Assembly: GCA_023136265.1 (NCBI GenBank)
Contig: JAGLRN010000069.1
Span: 8,680 to 72,679, forward strand
DNA: 64,000 nucleotides
Source of the DNA: Thermoplasmata archaeon
Lineage (GTDB): Archaea > Thermoplasmatota > Thermoplasmata > RBG-16-68-12 > JAGMCJ01
Direction: 5' to 3'
The translations under genes were made by a program, and so were the position numbers. Of this stretch, positions 1 to 7,758 are shown piece after piece. Under the pieces are notes generated by a model. It did no database searches, was not told the DNA's origin, and was given only the letters and a program-made list of their open reading frames with translations. Every line of letters starts with the position of its first letter. The stretch's first letter is position 1.

Positions 1-460
1 ACTTTATGTTGGGATTGAGCGCTTGCGGCGGGTTCCTTCTCCATTTTGACGTGGTCAGCCGAAGGCCTTGCTCCGCCTTCTCCTCGTACAGGGGTGCCAG
101 CGTCGTGGCGATGACTATTACCGTCGGTCTCTCGGTCCTTCGCGGGTCGAGGCCGAGTGTGCCCGCTCCCCTCGTCACGATGGGCCTTATGTAGCCCTCC
201 TGGACCTCGTTCCTGCGGCAGACTTCCAGAATCACGTCCCTGAAATCGGCCTGGCCCAGTGGAACCTCCAGGCTTATCATCCCGGCCGATTGATAGAGTC
301 GCTCGAGGTGCCTGTCGAGCTTGAAGACCCTCCCGCCATAGGTCCGGATGCCCTCGAAGATGCCGTCCCCGTACAGAAGGCCGTGATCGAAAACCGATAT
401 CTTCGCGTCCTTCTTCGGAAGGTACTGACCGTCGATGTAGACTATCGGTTCCATACAGAC
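1..460 (-). CDS. ilvE: Branched-chain amino acid aminotransferase (class IV aminotransferase), N-terminal part; the gene continues past the window start
   Basis: The reverse-strand translation from the ATG at 458-460 gives MEPIVYIDGQYLPKKDAKISVFDHGLLYGDGIFEGIRTYGGRVFKLDRHLERLYQSA..., a typical BCAT/DAAT N-terminus. The open frame runs off the window edge, so it is not in the ORF track. Confidence 0.75.
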
Positions 461-572
461 CTACGAGATTCGTACTGACTATTAAAGCCCTTCATTGCGC
501 GCCCCCAGCACCTGCTTTGGAGCGGACCGACGGGAACGATTAATACCATGAGAGCGGATTGTATGACCGCCC

Positions 573-1244
573 ATGGATCCCCTGAACCACGCGCTCATTG
601 CCTGGATGATCGCCAACAGCTTCGACGTGGATACCCGAACCCGCCGATTCTGCCTGCTCGCGGGGGTCATCCCCGACCTCGACGGGATCCCGATTCTGTT
701 CGACGAGCAGTTGTTCCAGGCCGTGCACCACACGTTCGGGCACACGCTCCTTTTCGGAGTGCTCGTGTCGCTCGTCCTTGCCCTCTTCCTGGAGAAGAAG
801 AGGCTGGGATTCTCCGTGATCCTGCTGGGCTTCGCTGCCCACCTCGGGGCTGACATCATAGGCTCGAATTGGCCTGTTCCCGTGTTCGCGCCATTCCTTC
901 CCGCTCAGATCTCCGTCTCCCCGTACGTATCGGATTTCGTCATCTACAGCGTAATAGGCCCGGCGTTCCTGGTCCTGGGGACTTTGGCGGCGGTTCTCAT
1001 ACTGGTCCGACTGAAGAGAACACCGATGGAGTTCTTCTCCAAGAGATGGGACGGGATCATGGTCAACTTCCTGACACTGCCGTTCAAGGAGAGATGCTAC
1101 CTCTGCGGCAAGCGGGCGTTCCTTGTGTGCGAGGACTGCAATAGGACGGTGTGCATGTCTCACGTTGACGAGTCGACAAAGCGCATACTTTGCACTCCAT
1201 GCACTGACTCGACGGGGAATGTGAACCAGAGAGCGGACACCTAG
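573..1244 (+). CDS. Membrane-bound metal-dependent hydrolase (DUF457/YdjM-like) with a C-terminal Cys4 zinc ribbon
   Basis: N-terminal MDPLNHALIAW followed by several hydrophobic helices, as in DUF457. The C-terminus is CYLCGKRAFLVCEDC...CTPC (CxxC...CxxC...CxxC). Confidence 0.5.
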   Translation: MDPLNHALIAWMIANSFDVDTRTRRFCLLAGVIPDLDGIPILFDEQLFQAVHHTFGHTLLFGVLVSLVLALFLEKKRLGFSVILLGFAAHLGADIIGSNWPVPVFAPFLPAQISVSPYVSDFVIYSVIGPAFLVLGTLAAVLILVRLKRTPMEFFSKRWDGIMVNFLTLPFKERCYLCGKRAFLVCEDCNRTVCMSHVDESTKRILCTPCTDSTGNVNQRADT

Positions 1245-1420
1245 ATGAAAGAACCGGCACGATTCCCAATGCGACCTGAACCACTCTTCTCAGAGTCTCT
1301 CCCGTCGTTCCACACTCTCCCACTCATCTTGAGAGTAGTGCTCGGATGTAGATGATGTTCTCTGGGGTCATTGGGTGCTTCCGAAGAGTCTGGAAAGGTG
1401 AGTAACCTCTCCCAGAGGAC

Positions 1421-1428
1421 AAAAAAAA
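1421..1428 (-). terminator. Oligo-T tract (T8 on the minus strand) about 20 nt downstream of the pilin stop; candidate archaeal intrinsic terminator
   Basis: A8 run on the plus strand (ggacaaaaaaaatag) immediately 3' of the minus-strand gene that ends at 1446. Confidence 0.4.
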
Positions 1429-1445
1429 TAGAGAGGGGGGAGTGT

Positions 1446-1898
1446 TTAGGTCTCCCAGTCGACACTTCCCCTTATGTTCCCGGAATCTCTCCAGAATATG
1501 TTCAGCTCGTAGCGGCTCTCTGGTTCGCAGGTGATGATGAAGCGGTCACCAGAGGTCAGTCTGCCACCGTCATCGAGGTCGGTGAATCTATAGTTGCCTT
1601 TGCTGACTTCCTCGAGCGGGTCCATTGTGTGAACTCTGGTCCCGTTCTTGAGGATGATCACCTTGTAGAAGCTGAGTTCCTCGTTGGTCGGTGTGCTGGT
1701 GACACGAAACTCCCAAATGTCCGGTCCAATGGGTTCCTTGCTCATCACGACTTGCCCCGGCGGTTCTGGTTCGGGGGGGATGAGGTTGGTCACCAACACG
1801 TACAAAACAGCTGCGAGCACCACGGTGATCGCCACCATCAATATGGTCGCGATAACCGGAGACACGGCTACGTCGTTCCTTATCCAGGCTCTTTCCAA
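1446..1898 (-). CDS. Archaeal type IV pilin-like protein with a class III signal peptide
   Basis: N-terminal MERAWIRNDVAVSPVIATILMVAITVVLAAVLYV: a charged prepilin leader followed by the conserved hydrophobic helix of archaeal pilin_N domains. An upstream TATA-like ACATTTATC lies about 55 nt from the start. Confidence 0.7.
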   Translation of the reverse strand: MERAWIRNDVAVSPVIATILMVAITVVLAAVLYVLVTNLIPPEPEPPGQVVMSKEPIGPDIWEFRVTSTPTNEELSFYKVIILKNGTRVHTMDPLEEVSKGNYRFTDLDDGGRLTSGDRFIITCEPESRYELNIFWRDSGNIRGSVDWET

Positions 1899-2045
1899 GT
1901 TTTGTCCTCCTGCAGACTTTCGCCTGCAGTTAGTAGACTCTGTAATCGGAGCCAGATAAATGTTTCGGTGGAAACGAGGGTTTTGCAGTGCTCCAGCTCC
2001 GCGTCTGGAAAATAGTGACTAGAGGGCCTTGCGTGAAAGCCTTCC

Positions 2046-2240
2046 CTATTTCGCCCGCTTCATCGGTGCACCGCAGCAGTACGGTGTCGCCTGGGGCTCC
2101 TCATCGAACTCGATGACGCAGCACGTGCAATCGTCCCCACAGTCGCACTCGTACTTGATCGGCTTCCCGGTCTCAGAGCAACCGCATTTCTCGCACACAT
2201 TTACACCTCCCTTCATCTTCAGACCATCAACAGGTATCAC
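2046..2240 (-). CDS. Small cysteine-rich metal-binding protein, last gene of the isc operon
   Basis: 64 aa with 12 Cys (CEKCGCS...CDCGDDCTCC...CCG). The listed ORF overlaps the iscU stop by 14 nt. The true start may be the internal MKGG at about 2216. Confidence 0.4.
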   Translation of the reverse strand: MIPVDGLKMKGGVNVCEKCGCSETGKPIKYECDCGDDCTCCVIEFDEEPQATPYCCGAPMKRAK

Positions 2241-2682
2241 AGTGATTATGGTTGTGCTCGCACGTGTGCCCCGCCGGCTTCTCCTCTTCCTCGACTATCT
2301 CGCCTTTCTTGCGCTTGAAGTCCTTGATGGCCTCGTGAAGCGCGTCCGCTGCCAGGTTCGAGCAATGCATCTTGACGGGCGGGAGGCCGTCCAACTCGTC
2401 CGCCACGTCGTTGCGCGTGATCTTCATCGCCTCGTCCAAGCGCATCCCCTTCGCCATCTCGCTCACCATGCTGCTCGTCGCGATGGCCGAGCCGCAACCG
2501 AACGTCTGGAACCTGATGTCCTCGATCTTGTCGTCCTTGACCTTGATGAAGATCTCCATGAGGTCCCCGCAGATGGGGTTCCCGACCTTTCCGTGACCGT
2601 CTGCGTCGTCCATTGTCCCCACGTTCTTCGGGTTCATGAAGTGCTCCATCACCTTCTTGCTGTATCCTATCTGCTGTGCCAT
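2227..2682 (-). CDS. iscU: Fe-S cluster assembly scaffold IscU/NifU-like
   Basis: GNPICGDLMEIFIKV, TFGCGSAIATSSM and HCSNLAADAL: the three conserved Cys motifs of IscU. Confidence 0.9.
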   Translation of the reverse strand: MAQQIGYSKKVMEHFMNPKNVGTMDDADGHGKVGNPICGDLMEIFIKVKDDKIEDIRFQTFGCGSAIATSSMVSEMAKGMRLDEAMKITRNDVADELDGLPPVKMHCSNLAADALHEAIKDFKRKKGEIVEEEEKPAGHTCEHNHNHCDTC

Positions 2683-2692
2683 TCTATCACCC

Positions 2693-3853
2693 TTATTCCT
2701 TGCCCAAAGATGAAATCTTCCTCAGTTTCACGACCATTTCGTTCACGGCGTCCACGACCCTGGGCACCTGCTCGACCGTGTTCGACCGTCCGAGCGTCAT
2801 GACCATGGAACCGTGCGCCTCCTCGTGCTTCAGCCCGATGGCCAACAGCACGTGTGACGGCTCCAGCGTCTTTGACGAGCACGCCGAGCCTGTCGAGACC
2901 TGTATGCCTTGGGCGTCCATGATCAGGAGTATGCTCTCACCCTCTATGTGGCTGAAACGGAAGCTCGCGTGGTGCGGCAGCCTCTTCGTCGGATGCCCGG
3001 TGAGGTAGGTCTCCTCTATTTTCAGTATCTCCTCGATCAGGCTGTTCCTCATCTCGCTCAGGCGGGCGCTCTCCGTGCCCATCTCCTCACGCGCGATTCT
3101 GGCCGCCTCGCCCATGCCGGCGATTGCGAAGATGTTCTCGGTGCCTGACCTGAGCCCTCGCTCCTGTCCTCCGCCCGGAAGGACCGGCTGGATCCTGACG
3201 CCTGTCTTCACGTACAATGCACCGGCTCCTTGGGGACCGTACATGTCGTTGGAGGACAGCGTCAGCAGGTCTATGCCATCCGCCTGAACATCTATCGGTA
3301 TCCGACCTGCCGCGGCGGTCGCGTCCACATGAAGGTATACGCCCTTTTCATGCACAATCTCGCTGATCTCTCGGATGGGTTCAATCGTCCCGATCTCGTT
3401 GTTCGCGTACATTATCGACGTCACCGTGGTCTCCCTGGTCGCCGAGTCCTCCAGCTTCTCGAGGTCAACAATGCCGCTCGAATCCACGGGAACCGTGGTA
3501 AACTCGAATTCGTTCTTCTGCAGATCCTTCATCGGGTTGAGGACGGACATGTGCTCTATCGCACTGGAGACGACCTTCTTTCCCTTTCCGACATTCCTGA
3601 GAGCCGCACCCTTAATCGCCAGATTGTTCGCCTCGGTTGCCCCGCTCGTGAACAATATCGTCTTCTCTTTCTCCGCGTTGATTAGGGCGGCGACCTTCGT
3701 TCTGGCATCCTCAATGGCCCGCCTGGCTTCCAGACCGACGGAATGAAGGGACGAGGGGTTTCCGTAGCCGCCCGCAAGATACGGTTCAGCGAACCTGAGC
3801 GCTCTCGCGTCGACAGGCGTTACGGATGCGTGATCCAGGAATATTCTCTCCAT
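2693..3853 (-). CDS. iscS: Cysteine desulfurase IscS/NifS (PLP-dependent)
   Basis: 386 aa beginning MERIFLDHASVTPVDARAL..., with GGYGNPSSLHSVG, SGATEANNLAIKG, a PLP-Lys region and active-site SSGSACSS. Confidence 0.9.
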   Translation of the reverse strand: MERIFLDHASVTPVDARALRFAEPYLAGGYGNPSSLHSVGLEARRAIEDARTKVAALINAEKEKTILFTSGATEANNLAIKGAALRNVGKGKKVVSSAIEHMSVLNPMKDLQKNEFEFTTVPVDSSGIVDLEKLEDSATRETTVTSIMYANNEIGTIEPIREISEIVHEKGVYLHVDATAAAGRIPIDVQADGIDLLTLSSNDMYGPQGAGALYVKTGVRIQPVLPGGGQERGLRSGTENIFAIAGMGEAARIAREEMGTESARLSEMRNSLIEEILKIEETYLTGHPTKRLPHHASFRFSHIEGESILLIMDAQGIQVSTGSACSSKTLEPSHVLLAIGLKHEEAHGSMVMTLGRSNTVEQVPRVVDAVNEMVVKLRKISSLGKE

Positions 3854-3869
3854 GGCATTTCCCCGCGGA

Positions 3870-4109
3870 CTACTTCGTCTTCCTGATGTATGCTGTCATC
3901 ATTGTTCCTTCTCTCTCGAACCTGACTATATCGTGTCCCATATTCTTGGCCCAAACCTTGAGGTCGCCCTCATAGGCTGAGTCATCTGCCTCGACCATGA
4001 GTATCTGACCGACATCGAGGCTGTCAATCGCCTGCTTCGTCTTCATGATGGGCATGGGGCAGAAGAGCCCCACACAGTCGAGTTCGGCGTCAGGTACGAT
4101 GTCTTCCAT
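3870..4109 (-). CDS. tusA: TusA-like sulfurtransferase
   Basis: 79 aa with LDCVGLFCPMPIMKTKQAI (CPxP motif). Confidence 0.8.
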   Translation of the reverse strand: MEDIVPDAELDCVGLFCPMPIMKTKQAIDSLDVGQILMVEADDSAYEGDLKVWAKNMGHDIVRFEREGTMMTAYIRKTK

Positions 4110-4121
4110 TCTTTCCCCCGC

Positions 4122-4694
4122 TCAATAGTTCTCCGCCAGGAGCTCGAAGTAAGCCTTTGTGTGCAGGCAGGTCGGGCATTTCTCCGGCGGCTCCGTGCCC
4201 TCGTGGATGTACCCGCAGTTCCTGCACTTCCATTTCATCGGTGCGTCGACTTTGAAGACCTTCCCGCCGCGGACGTTCTCGAGCAGCTTGAGGTAGCGCT
4301 TCTCGTGCTGCCGCTCGACCTTTGCGATGTTCCTGAACTGAGCCGCTATCTCGGGCAAACCCTCTTCCTCGGCCACGTCGCCCATCTCCTTGTAGATCTG
4401 GGTCCACTCCATGTTCTCTCCCTTGGCGGACGCCTCGAGGTTCGCGGCGGTGTCGCCGATCACGCCCGCCGGATAAGCGGCAGTAATCTCGACGTCTCCG
4501 CCTTCCAGATACTGGAAGTATCTCTTGGCATGCTCTCTCTCGTTCTCGGCTGTCTCAAGGAAGATGGCGGCGATCTGCTCATAGCCCTCCTTCTTTGCCA
4601 CGCTCGCGAAATACGAGTATCTGTTCCTCGCCTGCGACTCTCCCGCGAAAGCCGCCAGGAGATTCTTCTCCGTTCTTGTTCCTTTCACACTCAT
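4122..4694 (-). CDS. rbr: Rubrerythrin
   Basis: A ferritin-like diiron domain (EKNLLAAFAGESQARNRY...ENEREHAK...) followed by a C-terminal rubredoxin-like CRNCGY...CPTC. Confidence 0.9.
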   Translation of the reverse strand: MSVKGTRTEKNLLAAFAGESQARNRYSYFASVAKKEGYEQIAAIFLETAENEREHAKRYFQYLEGGDVEITAAYPAGVIGDTAANLEASAKGENMEWTQIYKEMGDVAEEEGLPEIAAQFRNIAKVERQHEKRYLKLLENVRGGKVFKVDAPMKWKCRNCGYIHEGTEPPEKCPTCLHTKAYFELLAENY

Positions 4695-5869
4695 TCTCTC
4701 ACCTTCTTTCCCAATTCCAATCCAATCTGTCTGACCTTGTCCAACTCATCCTCATCGGGAACGAACTTGATGTTGATGCTCTCCAAGGGCATCTCCCACT
4801 TGAGCTCCTTCACGATGTCCTCCATGTGTCCAACAGCTTGCCCGCCCCAGCCGTAGGAGCCGAAGACGAAGCCGATCCTGTTGAGCGGCTTGAGTCCTTT
4901 CATGTAAGTCAGGAACCCGCCCATCGTCGGAAGCATCTGGTTGTTGAGGGTTGGGGAGCCCAGAAGAACGATCTTGGATGTGAGGATATCCGTCATCACA
5001 TCGGACATGTGGCTCACCTTCAGGTTCCTCTTCGTGGCAGGAATCCCGGATTCTCTCAGGCCCTCCTCGAGCTTACGGGCTATCATCTCAGTGGAACCCC
5101 ACATCGTGTCATAGACGATGACCGCCCTGTTCTCGGTCTCGTGGCTGGACCACTTCTTGTACTCCTCAAGAATCCTCGGCAGCCAAGTCCGCCAGATGAT
5201 CCCGTGACTCGGTCCTATCATGTCGATGTCGAGCCCAGAGAGAGCATCCAGTGCTTTGCTCACCTGCCCGTCATAGGGAAGGACTATGTTGCCGTAGTAC
5301 TTGGCGGCCTCCTCCTTGAGTATGTCCCAGCAGATCTCGTCATCGAACCGCTCTGACGTCGCCAGGTGCTGCCCGAAGGCATCGTTCGGCAGCAACAACT
5401 TCTCCTCCGGGATGTAGGTGACCATCGAGTCGGGCCAGTGGACCATCGGGATGTGTACGAACTGTAGTGTTCGTTCCCCTATCTTGAGTGATTCACCAGA
5501 CTCCACCGCTTTCAGGTTCAGATCCTTCTTGTAGTGCCTAACAAGGCCCTTCTTACCGCGAGGGGATGCCAGCACTGTTGCGTTAGGCACTACATCCAGC
5601 ATAAGCGGCAATGAGCCTGAGTGGTCCATCTCAACATGATTCGAAACTATGTAGTCGATCCTGGCGGGGTCAACGATCTCCTTGATCCGAGAGAGCATCT
5701 CATCGAAGAAAGGTCTCTTGACCGTGTCCACGAGCACGATCTTCTCGTCAACTATGAGATATGCGTTGTATGTTGAGCCCCGGTCCGTCGTGTAGCCGTG
5801 GAAGTCCCTGAGGTCCCAGTCAATCGCACCTACCCAGTATATGCCGGGTTTTATCTCGACCTTGTCCAC
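4691..5869 (-). CDS. fprA: Flavodiiron protein (type A flavoprotein FprA; O2/NO reductase)
   Basis: A metallo-beta-lactamase-like domain (NHVEMDHSG...) followed by a flavodoxin-like domain (VIVYDTMWGSTEMIA...GSPTLNN). 392 aa, overlapping the rbr start by 4 nt. Confidence 0.85.
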   Translation of the reverse strand: MDKVEIKPGIYWVGAIDWDLRDFHGYTTDRGSTYNAYLIVDEKIVLVDTVKRPFFDEMLSRIKEIVDPARIDYIVSNHVEMDHSGSLPLMLDVVPNATVLASPRGKKGLVRHYKKDLNLKAVESGESLKIGERTLQFVHIPMVHWPDSMVTYIPEEKLLLPNDAFGQHLATSERFDDEICWDILKEEAAKYYGNIVLPYDGQVSKALDALSGLDIDMIGPSHGIIWRTWLPRILEEYKKWSSHETENRAVIVYDTMWGSTEMIARKLEEGLRESGIPATKRNLKVSHMSDVMTDILTSKIVLLGSPTLNNQMLPTMGGFLTYMKGLKPLNRIGFVFGSYGWGGQAVGHMEDIVKELKWEMPLESINIKFVPDEDELDKVRQIGLELGKKVRE

Positions 5870-5873
5870 CCGA

Positions 5874-6293
5874 TCAGCCTCCGACCCCTTTCAGACAATC
5901 CCTGCAGGTGCCCTTGAAATAGCCGTGGACCTCTTCAACCTTATGACCCTTCTCGGGCATGCAATCCATGCAGAGCCCCTTGATGTGGATGTCCACTATC
6001 CGTCCGCAGCTGGTGCATAGGAAGTGCTGATGTCGAGTCGATTTGTAGTCGTATCTGGACTCGGTGCCGGATATCGTTAGAACCTCAACCAGCCCATACT
6101 TGCTCAGGATGTCCAAGACATTATAGACCGTCGTCTTCGATAGAGAAGGGTTGTCCTTCTTCAGTGCCCTGTAGATGTCGTCGGCGGTGGGATGGATTCT
6201 ATTCTTATCCAGGAATCTCAGGACCTCGAGTCTCTGTGGTGTTACTTTTATTCCGTTTTCGCGGAGTATTCCAGTGTACTTCTCTGTATCCAT
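5874..6293 (-). CDS. fur: Fur-family transcriptional regulator (PerR/Fur-like)
   Basis: The DNA-binding helix region TPQRLEVLRFL, and CxxC...CxxC (CTSCGRIVDIH...CMDC) typical of Fur/PerR. Confidence 0.85.
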   Translation of the reverse strand: MDTEKYTGILRENGIKVTPQRLEVLRFLDKNRIHPTADDIYRALKKDNPSLSKTTVYNVLDILSKYGLVEVLTISGTESRYDYKSTRHQHFLCTSCGRIVDIHIKGLCMDCMPEKGHKVEEVHGYFKGTCRDCLKGVGG

Positions 6294-6318
6294 CCGTTCA
6301 CCCTCTGGGCACCTTATC

Positions 6319-6347
6319 TGTAATGATTACAATGTAGTATTCAATAC
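6319..6347. promoter_or_regulatory. Two adjacent palindromes (TGTAATgATTACA and GTATTcAATAC) in the fur/perR divergent promoter; candidate Fur/PerR operator
   Basis: Perfect 6-1-6 and 5-1-5 inverted repeats 26-55 nt upstream of the fur start, in an AT-rich intergenic stretch. They resemble the PerR-box TTATAATnATTATAA. Confidence 0.45.
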
Positions 6348-6400
6348 AAGTTATCTATTAAAGGCTTACGAGGTTCACTCTCCCCCGAGGGAAGCGTTAA

Positions 6401-7249
6401 ATGGGCTCACAAGCTATCCGGGACTGTGAGTTCATGAATGCCATTATGCTAAGGGCGGACCCGCTCGATTTCCTGGAGGATCTGGAATCGCCAATCGGAG
6501 TGTACCTCAGGAGGGCTGTGTTCAGCAAGAAGGGGGATGCAGGCCTACGGAGAAACCTGCATGAAGAAATCACCTCCGAACAGTCCGATGACGGAAGCTG
6601 GAATCAGCTGTTCGTCCACACCGCCAACAACCTCTGGAAGCTCGCGCTTCTCGGGTACGGGGAGAATGATAGGAGCATGAAGAAGGGACTGGACTGGCTG
6701 CTGACGACCCAGAAATCCACGTATCACGACCATCCGGGGTTCTTCTACTCCGGAAACAGGAGGGACCCGAGCCTCATGCGCGAGACATCATACGGAGAGT
6801 TCGGTCCAGGATGTACGATATTCTATCAGACGGCGTACGCGGTCCATCTTTTCCACGTTCTCGGTCTTGACGACAAGGAAGAGGTCCAGCAGACCGTGAG
6901 GTCGTACCTCAAGTTCTGGACGCCCACCTGGTGCGGTGCGTGGTGCACGATCAACGTACTCCGCGTGCTGATAGAGCACCCGCTCAGCGCGAGGACAAAG
7001 CGGGTCCAGGAGGGCCTGAAGTATCTAGCGGAGAAGCAGACTAGGACAGGAGCGTGGAAGAGCTATCCGTTCTATCACACGTTCCACGGCATTTCCCGGG
7101 CGAAGTCCAAGATGGCGAGGATGCAGATCGAGAACGCGCTGCCCTCCGTCATCAGAAGGCAGAACAAGGACGGAAGCTGGGGAAAGAAGGACAGGGAGAG
7201 CAGTACGTTCCTGGTACTTGACGGATTGAGGAACGCGGGAGCCTTATAG
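6401..7249 (+). CDS. Hypothetical protein with three prenyltransferase/squalene-cyclase-type Q-x-x-D-G-S/A-W repeats
   Basis: SEQSDDGSWNQ, AEKQTRTGAWKS and RRQNKDGSWGKK motifs spaced about 100 aa apart. No signal peptide. Confidence 0.4.
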   Translation: MGSQAIRDCEFMNAIMLRADPLDFLEDLESPIGVYLRRAVFSKKGDAGLRRNLHEEITSEQSDDGSWNQLFVHTANNLWKLALLGYGENDRSMKKGLDWLLTTQKSTYHDHPGFFYSGNRRDPSLMRETSYGEFGPGCTIFYQTAYAVHLFHVLGLDDKEEVQQTVRSYLKFWTPTWCGAWCTINVLRVLIEHPLSARTKRVQEGLKYLAEKQTRTGAWKSYPFYHTFHGISRAKSKMARMQIENALPSVIRRQNKDGSWGKKDRESSTFLVLDGLRNAGAL

Positions 7250-7758
7250 GTTCTCCTATCTCTCCCCTATGATCCTCGCATCTTTTAGCTTCTTCCTCGC
7301 ATGTTTCACGCTTGGGGGTCGCATGTGGGTCGCATGGGCTCGCATGCAGCATGCTTGTAGCCTGCTTCTAGCCTGCTTGCAGCCTGCTCACGGCCCGCAC
7401 GCGGGTAGCTTGAATCGCTACGACCGTCCTACATGCTCCATTGTCGCCTCACCCTGCCCTGTTCCAGCCCCCTCCGAGGAATCCCTATGCATTCTCATCA
7501 TTTTGTCCCAATGGCGACGGCTTGCGAGTCGAAACCACATGTATGTGTGATACCTGCTGTGATATTCCACTTCTCAATACAGGAAGCAAAAGCCTTATTT
7601 GGTGACCAGACAATCCATGTCCTGGACTCGTGCGGTGTTCAATCCATGAGGTTCTCGGTCACCGCTCGTCATGCAGAAGAACGGGAAGACATATGTGGGC
7701 AGGAAAACTCAGACACAACGACTGTTCATATTCCATTTCCCACTCAAGGAGATAATTC

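Noticed and set aside
1371-2015. 214-aa plus-strand ORF overlapping the pilin gene
   Set aside because: Antisense to a well-formed class III signal-peptide pilin gene, with no motifs.
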